Part shown: positions 51,990-62,546 of the stretch, in pieces
Layout: the number at the start of each line of letters is the position of its first letter
How positions within the stretch are numbered: the first letter of the stretch is position 1
DNA from: Spirochaetota bacterium
GTDB lineage: Bacteria; Spirochaetota; UBA6919; CBDBPB01
Direction of reading: 5' to 3'
Assembly (NCBI GenBank): GCA_965208615.1
Contig: CBDBPB010000004.1
Location: 320,001 to 384,000 of the forward strand
Length of the DNA: 64,000 nucleotides
Position numbers and translations under genes: made by a program
Notes under the pieces: generated by a model
Databases searched by the model: none
Told to the model about the DNA's origin: nothing
Seen by the model: only the letters and a program-made list of their open reading frames with translations

Positions 51990-52658
51990 TTAATAGTTTA
52001 GCAGGTCTTTTATAGTATTAATAAATGCAGGGTAGTCATTATTCTTAAAAAAAGCACTGCCCATAACTAAAATATCTGCTCCACTTTCTACAACTTTATT
52101 TATTGTAGAAAGGTTTATGCCGCCATCTACTTCTATTAGGGTATTTAGACCTTTAGACGTAATCTTTTCTTTTACTGCACTAATTTTAGGTATGGTTTCT
52201 TCGATTAGAGATTGTCCTCCAAATCCTGGTTCTACAGTCATAATCAAAACCATATCCAGATAGTCAAGATAGGGATATATTTTATTAATAGGAGTATTGG
52301 GCTTTACAGAAAGGGCAAATTGTTTATTTTTATCTTTTACCTGTTTGATTAGGCTATCAATGTCTTTTACCGCCTCTATGTGAAATGTGTATATATCTCC
52401 TCCACTATCCAAAAACTGTTTAGCCCATCTATTAGGGTTTTCTATCATTAAGTGGACATCAAATGGAATATTAGTATATTTTCTTAAGTCCTTAATGAAC
52501 TTAGAGCCAAAAGTTAGATTAGGGACAAAGTGATTATCCATTACATCAAAGTGCAAATAATCCACTTTTGCTTTTTCTAGTTTGACAATTTCTTCTTTAA
52601 TAGAAGAGAAATCGGCTGACAGCAAAGATGGAGCAATTTTTAACATATTATTTTTCAT
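51990..52658 (-). CDS. rpe: Ribulose-phosphate 3-epimerase
   Basis: APSLLSADF, HFDVMD, DVHLM, MTVEPGFGGQ, VDGG. Confidence 0.97.
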   Translation of the reverse strand: MKNNMLKIAPSLLSADFSSIKEEIVKLEKAKVDYLHFDVMDNHFVPNLTFGSKFIKDLRKYTNIPFDVHLMIENPNRWAKQFLDSGGDIYTFHIEAVKDIDSLIKQVKDKNKQFALSVKPNTPINKIYPYLDYLDMVLIMTVEPGFGGQSLIEETIPKISAVKEKITSKGLNTLIEVDGGINLSTINKVVESGADILVMGSAFFKNNDYPAFINTIKDLLNY

Positions 52659-53747
52659 TTTAGACTATAACTTAAATGCTTATTATTGTTAAGATAAACA
52701 GTTACCTTTGCTTTTCCTAATACTCTAATCCATTCAACTATCTTTTCTCCTATATTTTTATATCCCTCAAAAACAGTTATTTTATTGCTATTATCCTTAA
52801 CCTCTATTTTGACCATAATCTTTTTATCCAGTTTAGTTAGTTTGCTGTTATCAGAGTCATGATATGACATAGGAACAATAAACTTTATCATTTTGTAATT
52901 ATTTAGTGCATTTTTTATGTCATTGTTAACCACATGCAAGGTAATACTTTCGCCCTTAAAAAGCTTAGTACCTGGATTAATACTTTGTTTAGTAATTTTA
53001 CCAAAGTTTTTATGGTCGCCTTTAACCGTGATAATTTTTACAAATATATTTTTATTTTTTAGTATTTTAGTAACTGGCTCAATATATTTGCCTATATAAC
53101 TAGGAAGCTTAATATAGTTATTTTTTCCTAAGCTAACCTTAAAGTTAATGTATGTATATTTATTAATTAGAGTTTTTTCTTTTGGATGCTGATCAATAAT
53201 AGTTCCTTTAGGAAACTCGTTATGATTTACAAAAATAGCATTATCTAATATTAACAAGTTTATTGCTTGTGGATCAGTTTTATTATTTTGCAGAGTATTA
53301 TTTATTTTATTGAGTTTTTTTTTATTTAGTAATTTATGAGAGTCAACTATTTTTTTATTATGGAGAGACTTTTGCACTTGAACAAAGTTTTTGCCAATAA
53401 AGTTGGGAACTTTTAAACTTTTATCCCCTATTGAAACCTTGAGTACAATATCTCTATTATCTCTAATGGGAATTCCAAAAGTAGGAGTTTGGCTTATAAC
53501 TTTATATTTAATAAATTCTTCATTTAATATAGGTATAACTTTTATATTTATATTTGTATTTAAGGTTTTATTAATTTTTTCGATTTCGTAATAAACATCC
53601 AAGATATTCATTCCTACAAAGTTAGGGACTTGTGCTTTTTTATCTTCTTTTTGAATACGGCTTATAGTATACAAAGCCACCGAACTTACTATAATAACTA
53701 CTGCTACAAGGACTAGGATGTATCCTAGATATTGATTTTAAGATCAA
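52655..53747 (-). CDS. PASTA-domain protein; TM anchor restored by removing one base near 53737
   Basis: Three VPNFVG/VPNFIG/LPSYIG repeats; adjacent to rpe; TTG at 53747 with GAGG RBS; span is 3n+1. Confidence 0.8.
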
Positions 53748-53848
53748 GGGACTAACCTCTTTTTTTTTTATATATTCAAGCTGTATAGCCTATTAAAAGT
53801 TGTTCAAGCAGGTTTTAGTAAAAGAGTTATGAAATTGTATTTAACAAC

Positions 53849-54060
53849 TTTAGTTTGAGTTTTTTAAGACATTATGAGTATAATTAAATTTTTGATAATA
53901 ATCAATAATAGTTTCTTAATTTAGGTTAAGAAATGTTTAGTTAGCGAGGTGAGGGGTTTATGAGCAAGGCTTCCAGTAAATATAGCAAAAAGGTATTTTG
54001 TTATAATTTAGTTTTAGTTTTTTAAGGCATTATGAATATAGTTAAATTTTTGATAATAAT
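53849..54060. repeat. Imperfect 54-bp direct repeat (53849-53902 and 54007-54060)
   Basis: TTTAGTTT(G/T)AGTTTTTTAAG(A/G)CATTATGA...TTAAATTTTTGATAATAAT. Confidence 0.8.
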
Positions 54061-54200
54061 TGTTACTAATTATTTTAGTTTTTAGATAAAGAATTATTCT
54101 AAGACAATTGCTAAATAGATTTTATTTGTATTTTTTAAGTTTTAGAAATATAAGTTAGCTTAAAATATTTTTGATCTACACTATTAGGGCAATTAGTAAC
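54061..54200. repeat. ~135-bp palindromic dispersed element, copy 1
   Basis: Terminal IR GTTACTAATT/AATTAGTAAC; homologous to 60253-60384 and 61097-61231. Confidence 0.8.
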
Positions 54201-54315
54201 CACTAATATACAATAACAAATACTTATTTTTTTTTATTAAATAATAATGAATATTTATAAAGTTAGAGTGTTACTATAAAGTAATAAAATAGATAAAGGC
54301 TTGAAATTATGATAT

Positions 54316-54525
54316 GTGAATATTGCAATATGTATACCACGACATACTCTAAATAATGTGAAAGGTATACTACCAGAAATTAAAAAGAAGTTTATGTTAG
54401 AAAATGTAGATCTCGTTTGCAACCAATGCTTTGATAGATTAAAATCATCTGAACAATGGTATGTAAAATCTCAAGTTATTTATGGAACAAAGAATAAACT
54501 TTTAAATAATAAAAGTGTTCCCTAA
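54316..54525 (+). CDS. Small hypothetical protein
   Basis: 69-aa ORF with CxxC; GTG start and weak RBS. Confidence 0.35.
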   Translation: MNIAICIPRHTLNNVKGILPEIKKKFMLENVDLVCNQCFDRLKSSEQWYVKSQVIYGTKNKLLNNKSVP

Positions 54526-54605
54526 GATAACAAACCTATTAATGTATTCAAAAACTTAATGCAATACATTAATAGGGATAGCTAATTACCTATTAAATTA
54601 ATATA

Positions 54606-55744
54606 TTACTCTGCCGTCTTTTCTATATATTCCTTTTGTTTTTCCGAAATATATTTCTTAAATGTATTATCCAAAAATATATTATTTTTTCTAGTAGATT
54701 CTATCTTATTTTTAACCTGATTATCAGTAAATTTACTATAATACATAAATAGCAAATGGATAGCTGCAATCCTCTTCACCTTTTGATTTCTATTTTCAAG
54801 ACTATTAATCAATATAGCTAATCTGTCTTTTAATAAGAGATCCGAATTAATAGGAACTGAATAATCAGACTCATTACCTATTTTCTTAGTTAATGACCTA
54901 ATAACCCTTAGCTTTGTATGAGTAAAATCCTTTGGTTTTAAAGCTCCAGTATTTAGTTTTTCTAAAGACAGCTCCCTTACTATAAACAAGTCCAAGTCAT
55001 TAACCTTTCTATAAACATTAGCTAATACTATTCTACCATTAATAGCAATACCCAAATACTTTCTTTTATTAACAGTTTCTATACTCCATACTTTTTTGGT
55101 TTCTATAGCAACTTCGTTTATGGTCTTAATATATAAACCTTTATACTTTTTTTTCAACTTACTTATTATACTATTGCTTAAAATAAGACCTTTTTTAGTT
55201 TTCTTAGGTATTTTTATATCCTTTAGCGATCGAAGCAATCCCTTAATGGCAATAACACTAGTTAAGCCTTACCCTCGGATCTTTTATTATAAAGACCTCC
55301 TATAAAAGACTTTATAACCTTTCTTTTAAGGAAAGGGCTTATAGCAAACTCATCAGTAAGTAAAGTTTTATTTTTTCTAGCACTTTCATTAAACATCAAA
55401 ACTATGTTTTTTAAAAGAGTATAATCTATCTCTTTCAAGAAAGTACTATCACCTTTTTTAACTTGACTAAACGCCATAAATGACCTCAGGACCAAAAGTC
55501 ATCTTATCTAAAATAACTATACTTTTTTCTATATCCGGATCATTAATTAGCTTAATAGTTATAGTCTTTTTAGGCTTTATTGATTTTTTATCTTTGATAA
55601 TGTCAGTTTTTTCTGTATTCTTAACTTTACTAAGTTCCTTTTTATTATTATTTAGGGTCCTTAGCATTTAGTTGCGGCAAGCTGAATATGCTGGTTAAAG
55701 ACAATAATAAAACTATCACTAAGTAACAAATTTATATAATTCAT
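54606..55744 (-). pseudogene. Secreted hypothetical protein broken into several frames (errors or decay)
   Basis: AAGGAG RBS and ATG at 55744, signal-peptide-like segment out of frame, consecutive fragments 55467-55667, 55262-55495, 54606-55238. Confidence 0.5.
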
Positions 55745-55893
55745 ACTTTCTCCTTCATTTTTACTATGTAATAACTATTTAAAATCTTTAACTAAAGATA
55801 ATACAACACACTAATAAATCATAACAAAAATATGATTTAAGTTATAAAAAATTTACAATATTTGGATAATAAAATAATGGCTTAGAAAAGTTA

Positions 55894-56247
55894 TTATTTT
55901 ATTTTACCTAAGTAATTATATAATATTTCAGAATCCTTTAATACCTTATAATCAAATTTGACCCCTACTTTATACTTACCTTTGCTTATATTTTCTACAC
56001 GAACAACTTCACCTTTAAGATATAAGGGCAATTTTTCATTAGGAATATTTAACCTAATTTCGAGTAAACTTCCCTCTGGTATTTGTTCACCAGTAAGTAT
56101 AATAGAGATTCCACCTTCACTTAAGTCAATTGACTCAGTAACTCCCTCACCCTCTTTTACAGAAGAACCAAATCCTAAAGAATAAAGAATCTGATAGTTT
56201 ATCTCTAAAGATTCTTCAAGTCTACTATATTTTCTTTTTTCGGTCAT
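55894..56247 (-). CDS. Single-domain PilZ protein
   Basis: RKYSR (RxxxR) and DLSEGG c-di-GMP motifs, GEVVR, GVKF. Confidence 0.92.
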   Translation of the reverse strand: MTEKRKYSRLEESLEINYQILYSLGFGSSVKEGEGVTESIDLSEGGISIILTGEQIPEGSLLEIRLNIPNEKLPLYLKGEVVRVENISKGKYKVGVKFDYKVLKDSEILYNYLGKIK

Positions 56248-56249
56248 AG

Positions 56250-56438
56250 TTATACTTCTACATCAATAATATTACCAAGGCTATTTTTTTCATATTTATG
56301 ATTTTCTTTTTTAACCTTAAGTTTTTTCTTTTTGTTAAGATTAAATGCTCTCTTACGAGGGCCTAAATATTTACCAATTATATTTCCCTCTTGATAAAGC
56401 TGTTCAGGAGGTTCGATTATATTATTATTATTTTCCAT
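56250..56438 (-). CDS. Small hypothetical protein
   Basis: AGGAGG RBS; C-terminal LGNIIDVEV; 2 nt upstream of the PilZ gene. Confidence 0.6.
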   Translation of the reverse strand: MENNNNIIEPPEQLYQEGNIIGKYLGPRKRAFNLNKKKKLKVKKENHKYEKNSLGNIIDVEV

Positions 56439-56571
56439 AAACCTTTCCTCCTAAATAAAGATTCTCTTATATAAAAATAATATAAAATTCCAAAATGTCA
56501 TAAAAACTTTTTTTGATTACACTAAATTTTACATAAAATTAACCGATAATACATTTTCGTTATTAGCTTAG

Positions 56572-57244
56572 TTATACTTTATTTTTATTTAGGACGCTAT
56601 TACTAACATTTTTTAATAATTCTATTGTACTATTTTTTATATAGGCAAGCAAACCATTTACTTTGTTAACCAAATAATTATGGCCAATTAAGGCGGGAAT
56701 ACCAACAATTAGTCCTGCGGCTGTGGTACTAAGGGCTGTCCAGATACCTTTTAATAGACTTGCTCCTTGGGCTTCAGCTGTCCCTAAGGTTATCTCCATA
56801 GCTCTAAGGGAGTCTATCATACCAAGAACAGTTCCTAAAAGGCCTAAAAGAGGTGCTACACTAGCTATAGTACCCAGTGTAGATATTTTTGTTTCTAGTT
56901 TTAGGGAGTTCCATATCAACAATATTCTCAATGGACTCCTTAGTCTCAGTATTGCTTTTATTAGGGTGCAACAAGATCTCTTTGCTAATAGACGCACAAA
57001 CAACATTATTTATTTGTTCGCAAAAGTTAACAGCCTTATATACATTTTCTTTTTTTAATAACAGAAAGACATTATCTATAGCAAACCTGTTATCTTTTTC
57101 TACTCTTCTTAAATAAAAAAAACGTTCTAGGAAAGATAGCAATTGTAATAATCGAGGATATTCCAATAAGAAAGTATAAAATTGGCCCTGTATATTGAAG
57201 TATTTTAACCCAAAACATTTAACTACACACCAAATATATCTCAA
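56572..57244 (-). CDS. MotA/TolQ/ExbB proton-channel family protein, multiple frameshifts
   Basis: FLERFFYL, ELPK|LE, LGTIASVAPLLGLLGTVLGMI, GIWTALSTTAAGLIVGIPA. Confidence 0.8.
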
Positions 57245-57292
57245 ATTTAAATCTTAGTTTTATTATTTGTTGATAAACTGTTAGACTATATA

Positions 57293-59768
57293 TTATATGG
57301 ATACAGCATTTTCTTGTTCTACATTATTAGGATCATCGGGCTTATCTATTTTTCTAAATTCTAGAGTATTATTATTTAATACAACCTCAAGGTTATCCCC
57401 TATTTTAAAATGTCCTTTTAAAAGCTCATTAGCAAGAGGATCTTCAATCATTTTTTGTATGGTCCCTTCGTAGAGGACGAGCTCCATATTTCTTGTCATA
57501 ACCATTCTCTACAAGATAGTCTTTTACCTCATTTGATACAGTTAAAGTCATATTTTTTTCATTGAGGAGTTCATGTACTTCTTTAAGCATAATATCCGAA
57601 ATCTTTTTAATATGCTCTTTGGTAAGAGAATGAAAAACTATTATATCATCAACCCTATTTAAAAACTCAGGATTAAATACCTTTTTTAGTGCATTTAATG
57701 CCTTATCTTTAATAGCGGCAAAATTTCTTTCATTATCATTATAAGAAGAAAACCCAAGATACGTATCCTTAAATATCTCTCTAGCGCCAACATTACTGGT
57801 CATAATAACTACAGTATTCCTAAAATCTACAGTATGTCCAAGATTATCCGACAACTGCCCCTCTTCTAAAATTTGAAGGAGAATATTAAACACATCAGGA
57901 TGAGCCTTTTCTATTTCATCAAGCAAAACTACACTATATGGACGCCTACGCACCTTTTCAGTAAGTTCTCCGCCTTCATCATATCCAATATAGCCAGGAG
58001 GAGCCCCCACTAACCTAGATACGCTATGACGCTCCATAAATTCACTCATATCAATGCGAATTAAGGCATCCTCATTACCAAATAAAAATTCTGTTAATGT
58101 TTTAGAAAGCTCAGTTTTACCAACTCCAGTAGGACCAAGAAAAATAAACGATCCTGTAGGCCTTTTATAAGACTTAAGACCAATACGACTACGTCTTATA
58201 GACCTGGATATAGAGTCAATAGCCTCATTTTGCCCAATCACTCTATCATGTAGTTCTTCTTCCATTTTGAGTAGCTTTTCTGATTCATTCTCATTAATCC
58301 TATTAACGGGTATCCCTGTAGAAAAGGATATTATATCACTTATTTCTTCAGATGTAATTTTTGACACATCAAGATTAACCTCTTTTTTCCATGACTCAGT
58401 CATCTCTTTAAGCTTTCGCTTTAACTCATGAACCTTATCTCTTTTTTCAGCGGCCTTTTCATAGTCTTGAGCTTTAACGCATTCATCTTTTTCGGCTATG
58501 AGCCTATTAATATCTTTTTCTATATCAGTAAATTCCTTAGGTCTAGTAGTATTTTTCAATCTTGCTTTTGCACCAGCCTCATCAATAAGGTCAACGGCCT
58601 TATCCGGTAAATATCTATCACTTACATACCTATGGGATAGATTAGCGGCGGCTATTAAGCTGTCCTCAGAATATATAACTCTGTGATGGGATTCATAAGC
58701 ACCTTTTAAACCTTTTAATATTTCAATAGTTTCTTTAACATTAGGCTCTTTAACAATAACTGGCTGGAATCTTCTTTCAAGAGCGGCATCCCTCTCTATA
58801 TACTTTTTAAACTCATTTAAGGTAGTAGCACCAATACACTGCAATTCTCCCCTTGCAAGAGCAGGTTTCAACATATTAGCCGCATCTATAGCACCTTCAG
58901 CTCCACCAGCACCGATTAGGGTATGAAGTTCATCTATGAAAAGGATAATATCATTAGCTTTTTTAATTTCCTTCATTATATTTTTTAGTCTTTCTTCAAA
59001 CTCACCTCTATATTTAGTTCCTGCGACTATAGATGCAAGATCTAGAGTAAGGAGTCTTTTTCTCAAAAGTAGTTCTGGTATATTACCTGAGGTAATATGT
59101 TGTGCAAGACCTTCCACAATAGCAGTTTTCCCGACACCTGGTTCACCTATTAAAACAGGATTATTTTTTTTACGACGGCTAAGTATTTGTATAACTCTTT
59201 CTATTTCAATTTCTCTTCCAACAACAGGATCCAGCTCTTTTTTTTGAGCAAGTAAAGTAAGGTCTCTTCCAAACTCATCTAGAGTAGGAGTCTTAACTTG
59301 AGCCTTACCCTTAGACTTAATTATTTCTGTATGGCCAAGTAGTCTTAATATTTCATTTCTAACTTTATCCAGACTAATATCCTTACTCTCTAGAATTAAT
59401 GCCGCAGTACCACTTTCCTCTTTGAGTATGCCAAGCAATAGGTGTTCAGTACCTATATATGTATGACCTAAATTTCGTGCCTCTAGTGAGCTAAGTTTCA
59501 ATATTTTTTCTATTCTGGGAGATGGGGGAGCCTCACCAAGTAAAAGTGTACCACCAACTTTTTTAACGGCCATTTCCACATCACTTCTAAGCTGATTAAG
59601 GTCAATGCCCAAGTTAACAAGGGCTTTAACAGCTATTCCATCGCCATCTCTTATTAGCCCTAGTAATATATGTTCTGGAGTTAACTGATCATGGTTTAGG
59701 CGTTTTGCTTCTTCCTGAGCTAGTATATGTATGATTTTATTTGCCCTTGGTGTTAGATCTTCAAACAT
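57293..59768 (-). CDS. clpC: Clp protease ATPase ClpC; +1 frameshift at 57464-57466
   Basis: Clp N repeats, [11 protein letters not shown]-like M domain, GPTGVGKT; GARPLRR|[11 protein letters not shown] continues in the second ORF. Confidence 0.95.
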
Positions 59769-60252
59769 AATCGACCCCTCTATCTTTTAGTAATTTTCAT
59801 TAATTATATTCTTTAATTAATAAAGCATTAGTTATAACTGTTATTTTCTTAAACACTTATAACTTAGTATATTAATTTAAACTAACATATTATTTTATTA
59901 GTTTAGATTTTCAATTTGTTAAAGTTAAAAATATCAACTTATTAAGTTGATAAAAAACTTTATATAAGTTGTAAATATAACTAATTATTTTTAAGGTTAG
60001 CAAAAATAACCTATTAATTTAAAATTAGTTTTATTTAATTCACAACAAAAAATATAATAAGTAATCTTTTATCGTATACAGAAGAAGTTATTTTTTAATA
60101 AAATTGGAAAAAAACTATTTTAAGTTAGGCATTAGAGTGTCAACTCATTGTTACAGGGGCATTACAGCAGATATAAAAAAAAGCATTTTATGATAATTTA
60201 CTAATTTAGGCGTGGATGTATTATTTAACAATTCACTTATTCTGTTGTGAGG

Positions 60253-60384
60253 TGTTAGTAATTATTTTAGCTTTTAGATAAGTTATTCTAAGACGACTGC
60301 TAGCCAGGTTTTATCTATATTTTTTAAGTTTTAGAAATATAAGTTAGCTTAGTTTAATCTGCACTATTAGAACAACTAGTAACA
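60253..60384. repeat. ~135-bp palindromic dispersed element, copy 2
   Basis: TGTTAGTAATTATT...AACAACTAGTAACA. Confidence 0.8.
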
Positions 60385-60528
60385 GATATTTTTGTCATTT
60401 TGGACACTATAAATACTATTTTATGGGAGTTAGATTATTAAAGATTGTTAGGTATTATCTATTTTTTTTGAGGATTATAAGTCGTTTTTGTATTCAGCAC
60501 TACCACTGCACGTCCATTTTTACCGATA

Positions 60529-60849
60529 CTACTTCAGTATATCCTTTACTACTAGCATCAGTATTCCAATTAGTATACCTGTTACCATGGCAACCATTAT
60601 TTTTATCATACCTTTTAGTTCTGATATATCTTGCCTGACACTCGATATATCATGTTTAAGCTCTTCTTTAATGACTGATATTTTATTGTCGAGCTTGTTC
60701 TCTATTGCTTTTAACTCTACTCTTAGTCTTGATTCAACTCCAGTTATCTCATTTCTAAGCTTCTCCACTTTAATATCAGTAATCTCAACTTCATGGATCT
60801 GGCTAGTAACTTCTCTTTTGATCTCTTGCTTTAACTCTTCACTTATCAT
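60529..60849 (-). CDS. Bdr/DUF1640-like coiled-coil protein with C-terminal TM anchor, copy A
   Basis: 11-residue periodic coiled coil plus MIKIMVAMVTGILIGILMLVV; GAGG RBS. Confidence 0.75.
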   Translation of the reverse strand: MISEELKQEIKREVTSQIHEVEITDIKVEKLRNEITGVESRLRVELKAIENKLDNKISVIKEELKHDISSVRQDISELKGMIKIMVAMVTGILIGILMLVVKDILK

Positions 60850-60851
60850 CT

Positions 60852-61019
60852 TTACCTCTTCTGAAGATGATTGTATATGTACTCTTCAACTGGTAATTTT
60901 ACTAAAAGCTTTTGTGATATGTTTATGCCTTCTTTTTTTAGTTTGTTTATGAAATAAATGAGGAGTTCTCGGGTCGAGGGTTCGATTGCAATATTTGCTC
61001 TATTTTCTGTTTTTTCCAT
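60852..61019 (-). CDS. Small ribbon-helix-helix-like protein (55 aa; not in ORF track)
   Basis: MEKTENRANIAIEPSTRELL...LKKEGINISQKLLVKLPVEEYI; stop 2 nt before the Bdr-like ATG. Confidence 0.6.
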   Translation of the reverse strand: MEKTENRANIAIEPSTRELLIYFINKLKKEGINISQKLLVKLPVEEYIYNHLQKR

Positions 61020-61060
61020 TTTTTAAACTTGAGAAACTTTATTTCTTTCATTTATTTTTA

Positions 61061-61089
61061 AATATACTCTTTTTCTTTATGTTTGTCAA
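61061..61089 (-). promoter_or_regulatory. Sigma70 promoter of the RHH/Bdr-like operon
   Basis: TTGACA-17 nt-TATATT. Confidence 0.7.
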
Positions 61090-61096
61090 TATTTTG

Positions 61097-61231
61097 TGTT
61101 ACTAATTATTCTATCTTTTAGGTAAGGAATTACTTTAAGACAATTGCTAAATAGATTTTATCTATATTTTTTAAGTTTTAGAAATATAAGTTAGCTTAGT
61201 TTAATCTGCACTATTAGAACAACTAGTAACA
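61097..61231. repeat. ~135-bp palindromic dispersed element, copy 3
   Basis: 17-bp terminal IR with 2 mismatches (TGTTACTAATTATTCTA / TAGAACAACTAGTAACA). Confidence 0.8.
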
Positions 61232-61375
61232 GATATTTTTGTCATTTTGGACACTATAAATACTATTTTATGGGAGTTAGATTATTAAAGATTGTTAGGT
61301 ATTATCTATTTTTTTTGAGGATTATAAGTCGTTTTTGTATTCAGCACTACCACTGCACGTCCATTTTTACCGATA

Positions 61376-61663
61376 CTACTTCAGTATATCCTTTACTACT
61401 AGCATCAGTATTCCAATTAGTATACCAGTTACCATGGCAACCATTATTTTTATCATACCTTTTAATTCTGATATATCTTGCCTGACACTTGATATATCCT
61501 GCTTTAACTCAAGCTTTACGTCCTTTATCTCATTCCTTAGTTCAAGCTTTACGTCCTTTATCTCATTTCTAAGCTTCTCCACTTTAATATCAGTAATCTC
61601 AACTTCATGGATCTGGTTAGTAACTTCTCTTTTGATCTCTTGCTTTAACTCTTCACTTATCAT
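61376..61663 (-). CDS. Bdr/DUF1640-like coiled-coil protein, copy B
   Basis: Same termini as copy A; core LRNEIKDVKLE x2 (33-bp repeat). Confidence 0.75.
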   Translation of the reverse strand: MISEELKQEIKREVTNQIHEVEITDIKVEKLRNEIKDVKLELRNEIKDVKLELKQDISSVRQDISELKGMIKIMVAMVTGILIGILMLVVKDILK

Positions 61664-61665
61664 CT

Positions 61666-61758
61666 TTACCTCTTCTGAAGATGATTGTGTATGTACTCTT
61701 CAACTGGTAATTTTACTAAAAGCTTTTGTGATATGTTTATGCCTTCTTTTTTTAGTTT
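61666..61758 (-). pseudogene. 5'-truncated copy of the RHH-like gene
   Basis: Matches the 3' half of 60852-61019; homology ends at ~61758. Confidence 0.6.
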
Positions 61759-62183
61759 AGAGTGTTAAGCTCTAATAGGCCAACGCATATAAAGCTATAT
61801 CATTTAAAAATAAATCTACTATAAGGCAATCAATCTCAGGGAAAAGTACAACTAAAAAAAGTACTTAAACCTATTTCAAAGGGGATAGCTATATTTTAAT
61901 AAGAGGTTTTAATATTCCCAGTTGGCATACCTATACATAATATGTGATAATTTAGTATAACGGACACTTCATCAAGTTTAGGTTGTTGAAAATAGACATG
62001 CATATAAACTTGTACGCTCAGACCTTGATTCAGGCGAGTAAGTATATTTATTTTTTGTTAAGGCTAATGTTAGTATAGCTTTTCTTTTTTATGATAATTT
62101 AGGTTATTTAGAGTGATATTATTTAGTGATTTAGTTATCATCTTATGACAAAGTTATGACGAGGGATACAAGGCAAAAGGAAG

Positions 62184-62487
62184 ACATATAACGTAAAGGC
62201 AGATGTATTTTAGATTTCTTTGTGGAACAGGAAAGTTAAGATATTCATGGAAAAGTTATTTTCCTGTGTCAAGCAGGTTATCCCTTTATGCTCTTTAAGT
62301 GCTGTTTAAATACTTTAGTAATTAACACAAAATATCACTTTTTATGCAAGTAGTCATCATTACGAGAGCTATTAAGAATCCCTTACTGGAACTAAGAATT
62401 ATAGACCTTTATTAAGTGTTAACGGATTTGCAGTCCCATAAAGGCGTAGAGCGGATTATTTAAATATTACATGTTGACGTTATATGT
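62184..62487 (+). ncRNA. Candidate large structured ncRNA, copy 2 (homology block 62115-62491)
   Basis: Colinear with copy 1 (constant offset 24427), same closing stem, covarying helices. Confidence 0.65.
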
Positions 62488-62546
62488 AAAACTTCAAAAA
62501 AGTATGCTTAACCCTCTATAAATAAATAACAACTATAAAAAGTAAA

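Larger units (their letters stand above)
60309..61758. repeat. Direct duplication (~60309-60944 and ~61156-61758) carrying the Bdr-like gene
   Basis: Near-identical sequence apart from the coiled-coil core. Confidence 0.92.

Noticed and set aside
817-59247. Numerous short overlapping or antisense ORFs in the track (e.g. 817-1044, 3840-4187, 8310-8753, 13022-13510, 58936-59247)
   Set aside because: They overlap confidently identified genes and lack motifs
59770-60250. CtsR or CIRCE operator upstream of clpC
   Set aside because: No GGTCAAAnAnAGTCAAA or TTAGCACTC-N9-GAGTGCTAA match found by eye
60971-60992. tRNA fragment (GGTCGAGGGTTCGA)
   Set aside because: No complementary T-stem 3' strand or acceptor stem; it is the antisense of the RHH-like ORF
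60423-61760. + strand ORFs 60423-60638, 60488-60952, 61270-61485, 61335-61760
   Set aside because: Antisense shadows or duplicated flanks of the Bdr-like genes, with no recognisable domains
62008-62044. Weak hairpin ACTTGTACGCT...GGCGAGTAAGT upstream of element copy 2
   Set aside because: Interrupted stem, not present beside copy 1
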